Shown here: positions 59,866 to 64,000 of the stretch, piece by piece | How positions within the stretch are numbered: the stretch's first letter is position 1 | How the letters are laid out: every line of letters starts with the position of its first letter | NCBI GenBank assembly: GCA_051294375.1 | Contig: CM119264.1 | Span: forward strand, 5,873,621 to 5,937,620 | Length of the DNA stretch: 64,000 nucleotides | Direction of reading: 5' to 3' | DNA from: Paraspadella gotoi | Lineage: Eukaryota > Animalia > Chaetognatha | Made by a program: the position numbers and the translations under genes | The notes under the pieces: model-generated | The model's database searches: none | What the model saw: only the letters and a program-made list of their open reading frames with translations | Told to the model about the DNA's origin: nothing

Positions 59866-61966
59866 TCAATACATCGTGTCGTGGTTTGCCGTCCTCGGCT
59901 TTTTAATTTTGTCCCAGTTTTTGCAAATAATGTCGTGAAGAACCGCGTAGTGATTTCGAAGTTCCACAGCGATTAACCGAATGGAGAGAGCCTAAATTTT
60001 CCCCGAAAAAAAATATATCAATAGTCTTGTCTTGTCATTCTCTAAAGAACTTCACTTCCAACAATGATGTACGGAAGGCTTCATATTATAAAATGATATC
60101 GGGCTTTCTTACCAAGCATGGTTCCGAATAGACTACTCGACAAAATATGTTGACATTTGGTATGCACGATTCCGATGGAAACTATCGAGGCGAATTTAAA
60201 AATTTGACACCTGGGCCGAGATATAGGCCCCACTAAGGGGCAAAAAATAGTCAAAAATTTAGTCCCAGGGCCCTCTATCTCCTCTAAGGGGTTGAATATC
60301 AAAATTCGCCTCGATTTTTTTTATTAATAATATAAATTGTTCGATTCATTTAGTTATTAAATGTAAAATTTCACAAAATTCTATCAAGTAGTTTGGTGGG
60401 AACCGTGTCTGATTAGAAAAAATCTTAAAAGTAGAGTGATCTCGCCAGACGTTACTATCAAAAAAATTAATGAAATAATAATAAAAAAATAAAAAAATTA
60501 AATGATTGATACGATAACAAATTATTGATATGATAATAATGAATTATTAATGCAATGATAACGAATTATTATTTTGCAATGGTAAAATAATAACTTGCGC
60601 GCCTGCGATGATTAACGTCATGAGTTCGATCCTGATAACTCGTTTTTAGACGAATCAGAATAGAGAGAGAGAGATAGAAAAAGAAAAAAAGAGAGCGAGA
60701 TAGAAAGGGAAAAAAAAGAGAAAAAAAGAGAGGGGGAAAAAAAAACTGCATGCTTCAGTTAGTCATAATATAAAAGAAATTTAAACATAAAATATTTTAA
60801 TCCATATGAAACATATCATTTTAAGAAATATTTAATATATATATATATAATTTTTATCTTCTTACAAATACATACTTTTACAATTTCTAACTGTAAAAAA
60901 AAGCGTAATGATGACGTCACTAAAAACAATAGTAAACCATTCTCTCACCCAACTCAGGCGTAGGCCCATCTGGCGAGATAAAAAAACATTTTCTACTCAA
61001 GCCTTATTTTCATTAAAAAATTCGCGAATTATGCATCATCAGCACAGAGTCCTCACCTGCTTTTCGTCTAGCTCGACGATGGTACGGCGAAAGTCTTCAA
61101 CGTGCGGATATTTGGCAATTTTTGTGACGACTTTTCCGCGATTCAGGTGGTAGCTGGAGATTGCATCCAAGTACGAGCACCCGTCCGATTCCACCTGTCG
61201 AATCTCGCCAAGGGTGTCCTCCTGAAGGAGGGAGATGAAATTCGGTGATTGTTTGATTGTCGCAATCTCAGTCTCAATCTCAGCCTCATTCTCTCTCTCA
61301 CCTGAACGGAGACGCCGAAGTTGTTACCGTCCTCGATTCTCGGAATCAAGAACGTGACCCACATCTTCAGCATGTTTGCCGACTCTACTAATTCCACGAT
61401 CTGTCGAGGGTCGTGAAGAAAATTATATTACATTGACTGACTTGAGATAAAGAGTGACAGGGGAATTTGAATAAAATGCGCATTGCCCACCATGGGTTTG
61501 ATCTTGGAAATCATCCCGGCGATAATGGAATTGCAGGGAGACGTCCCGTGGGGCAGGAGGAGGACTTTGGATCCCGAGACGCGCGACAACTCGTCCTCCT
61601 CGACGACCGCAAATTCCGAGTCGATCTGGCGGGACAAGGAAGGACAATGAAGGAAAATGAAGCATGTCAGTAATTCTCAACTTTTTTAAAATCTTCCCTC
61701 TCCCTTTCCCTCACCTTCCTCTTCTTGCCCACGGTCTCTTTGTCACCGGAGGAGTCCCCATTCGGCGAGTTGGGCGGCGGCTTCGGAATGGGAATGTTGA
61801 CAGGACATTCGACGGAGACGGGAGGGTTGAGCTTGAAATCCTGCGTTAGGATGAGTTCCTCCAAAGCCATAATTCGCCGAGGGAATTCCTTCTTGACGAG
61901 ATTTTCAGCTTTGGATTTAAGCGACTCTTTGTAGGACGTCAAACGGGACTCGGCATCGGTCGACAT
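59866..61966 (-). CDS. PSME3: Proteasome activator subunit PA28gamma/REG (5 exons)
   Basis: KAENLVKKEFPRRI, LKMWVTFLIPRIEDGNNFGVSVQEDTL, ISSYHLNRGKVVTKIAKYPHVEDFRRTIVELDEKQ, ELRNHYAVLHDIICKNWDKIKKPR. Confidence 0.95.
60417..60986 (-). mobile_element. HINE/DINE-like element (family 2) in PSME3 intron; partial copy at ~18335-18480
   Basis: Subterminal inverted repeats atctcgccaga (60439-60449) and tctggcgagat (60969-60979). Same aaaatcttaaaag terminus as family 1. Confidence 0.55.
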
Positions 61967-64000
61967 GGTTTTCTTTGTTGATTAAAGTTGGGTACAAATA
62001 ATATTAGAGAATCTGCAATTGGTACCAACTGAAACTCAAAAAAAGTAAAAAAAATATTTAGTATTCCTACTCAGTGACTCAGTATGCCTCTATTAAATCT
62101 TTTTTCATTTCTGAATTCATTTCAATATATTAATGTCAATTGCTGAGAAGTCCAAAGTTCTTGTTCAGGTCTATTATGACTTGATCAATGGTCATTTTAA
62201 CGTCTGTGATGATGAAATTTCGTTTTCTTTTGTTCCTGGATACAAATTTTAAGGGTTTTACGAATTTTCTTCAATTTTAATGGTTCATCTAAGACTGGAC
62301 AAAATGCCAAAAAGAAGAACCTGGATAAACTGCAAAGCATTTTCTAATTTACATAATTTAAATTAAGACCTAAAGATTCAACAAAAACGCGACAAAAAAA
62401 ATTATTAAAAAAACATTTTATCGGTTAAAAAAACGCAGCGATACGATATAGAAAATTATTATCATTACGTTTTCATTTTGGTGAAAATTTTCACAGCTCC
62501 GCAAAAATTCAGAAACTCATCTCCTAAAACGAGACAGTTCTATGCTCCGGCAACGGTTCAAGCACGACCAATTGTCAGAGATCAATGATCTCAAATGCAT
62601 TTAAAACGAAAAAAGTTAATGCTTTTAACTCTGATATTAAATCATATCTGCATAGAAAATGAGTCAGGAGGAAATGATTATGAACGTGATGTCCTCTTCC
62701 AATGATCTCGTCTTCATCTAAAACAAACGCGTTCTATTTTCGATAAAAAATATAACTTATTAAATCTAATATGTATAGAAAATAGATTTTTTGAAGTTAA
62801 AAAAATAGAGAATTTCTCTAAAGGGGGTCTTGGCGTTTCGTCGTAACAAAATACTTGCTTACTGCTTAATAACGAAAAAGAAGAAATTTTTTTTTTATCC
62901 AAGAATATATTGTTAAGAAATTCACTCTGAAAGGAATAAAGTATAAACGAACAAGACCGCCACAGGATTAAGAAAAACTGAGTATTTTTTTTACTTTTAG
63001 CACCAGTTCAACGCCAACAATCTACAGTAAATAGTGAACTATTTCTTTACAATAGATTTGTGAAAAAGTTAAACTATTTGCAGTATTCATCTTGGTTTCA
63101 TTTTTAGGCTTACAGTTGGTAAAACAAGCATTATCTGGGTAATCCTTTGTTAACTAATTAATTTTAAGCCCGTTCGTAAAATTAATCCCTCGCAGTGACT
63201 AAATTACTTAAATGTAGCGCTGGAAATAAAAATGAAATAAAATAAAATCTCGAAAGGCTTATTCTTATGTACTATACGTAGTCGCAATGATTGACAGCGA
63301 ATTGGTAAAGATGAATTGACAAAAGGACATTTAACTGCAACATCAATGGGCTAAAGCTAAATTTATTCCTCCTTCAAAATTTATCACTGTTTTCTGTCTA
63401 TCAAGGCCAGGCACGTCTTGCGTAGCTGATCCACTGGGCCTGCCACCAGGGTAAAACTTATAAGGCGAGAAAAGCGAATTTCAAAAACGCTGGCAAAATA
63501 AGTCAACAAAATCTAGACCAAAAGCCGCAAAACATTAATAAAGGCAGCTTAGAAATTAGTCCCAATAATAACCGATGGGAGAGTGGGGCGAATTCAGTGG
63601 AAAAGCATTTTTTATTCAAATATTAAAACAGGGCAGTTCCGTAAATCCAAAAGCCATTCTTTCAGAAATTAAGATAATTGTGATCTAATTTTCATATTTT
63701 AATTTACCGAATTTAATTTACAATATTACTGTGAAATAGTAAAAATTAAAAATGTTATTACGCCATTATTAAGTTGCAACAGCTAGACCTCTGGTGACAC
63801 ACGGTGAGAAATACAATACACTATAAGCACAATGCTTATAATATGTAAGGAGAGTAGAAGTTATGTAGGTTAATGATTAGCTCAAAAAAAATTCTTTTCC
63901 CAGAGGGTAATTGGTGAGGCGAGGAATTTCCCAAAAATCTTAAGATTGCCGGCGTTGCTTTCAGAAAAGACAAAAAACGGAGTCATTGAAAGAAGAAACC

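Noticed and set aside
62130-62730. Possible exons of a further minus-strand gene upstream of PSME3 (e.g. NKRKRNFIITDVKMTIDQVIIDLNKNFGLLSN*)
   Set aside because: I could not join them into a phase-consistent model or recognise a family.

Overview
This is eukaryotic (invertebrate-animal-like) genomic DNA, with AT-rich introns and mostly GC/CpG-rich exons. Positions 1-13.4 kb are error-rich and contain a 25-N gap. A ~2.7 kb segment is duplicated on both sides of the gap, probably an assembly artefact. This region overlaps a minus-strand NANP-like HAD phosphatase gene whose intron holds a DIRS-type (tyrosine recombinase) element. Positions 19-33.6 kb hold an AT-rich, divergent SID-1/SIDT-family gene whose introns are full of mobile DNA: two Penelope-like insertions with hammerhead ribozyme motifs, a second DIRS copy, HINE/DINE-like elements, a MITE and SINE-like repeats. 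Positions 34-62 kb hold nine tightly packed, co-oriented minus-strand genes: PSME3, C12orf4/FERRY3, a bacterial-type FMN-dependent azoreductase, an NCBP3-like ORF, N6AMT1, ERCC8, BOD1L, ATOX1 and ZMYND8. Their spacers are 61-474 bp and most carry apparently unpaired 3' splice acceptors before the ATG, which suggests an SL trans-spliced operon. An FGF9/16/20-like gene is nested antisense in a C12orf4 intron. All gene calls come from manual translation and motif recognition, not database searches. Exon boundaries were read by eye and may be off by a few bases.
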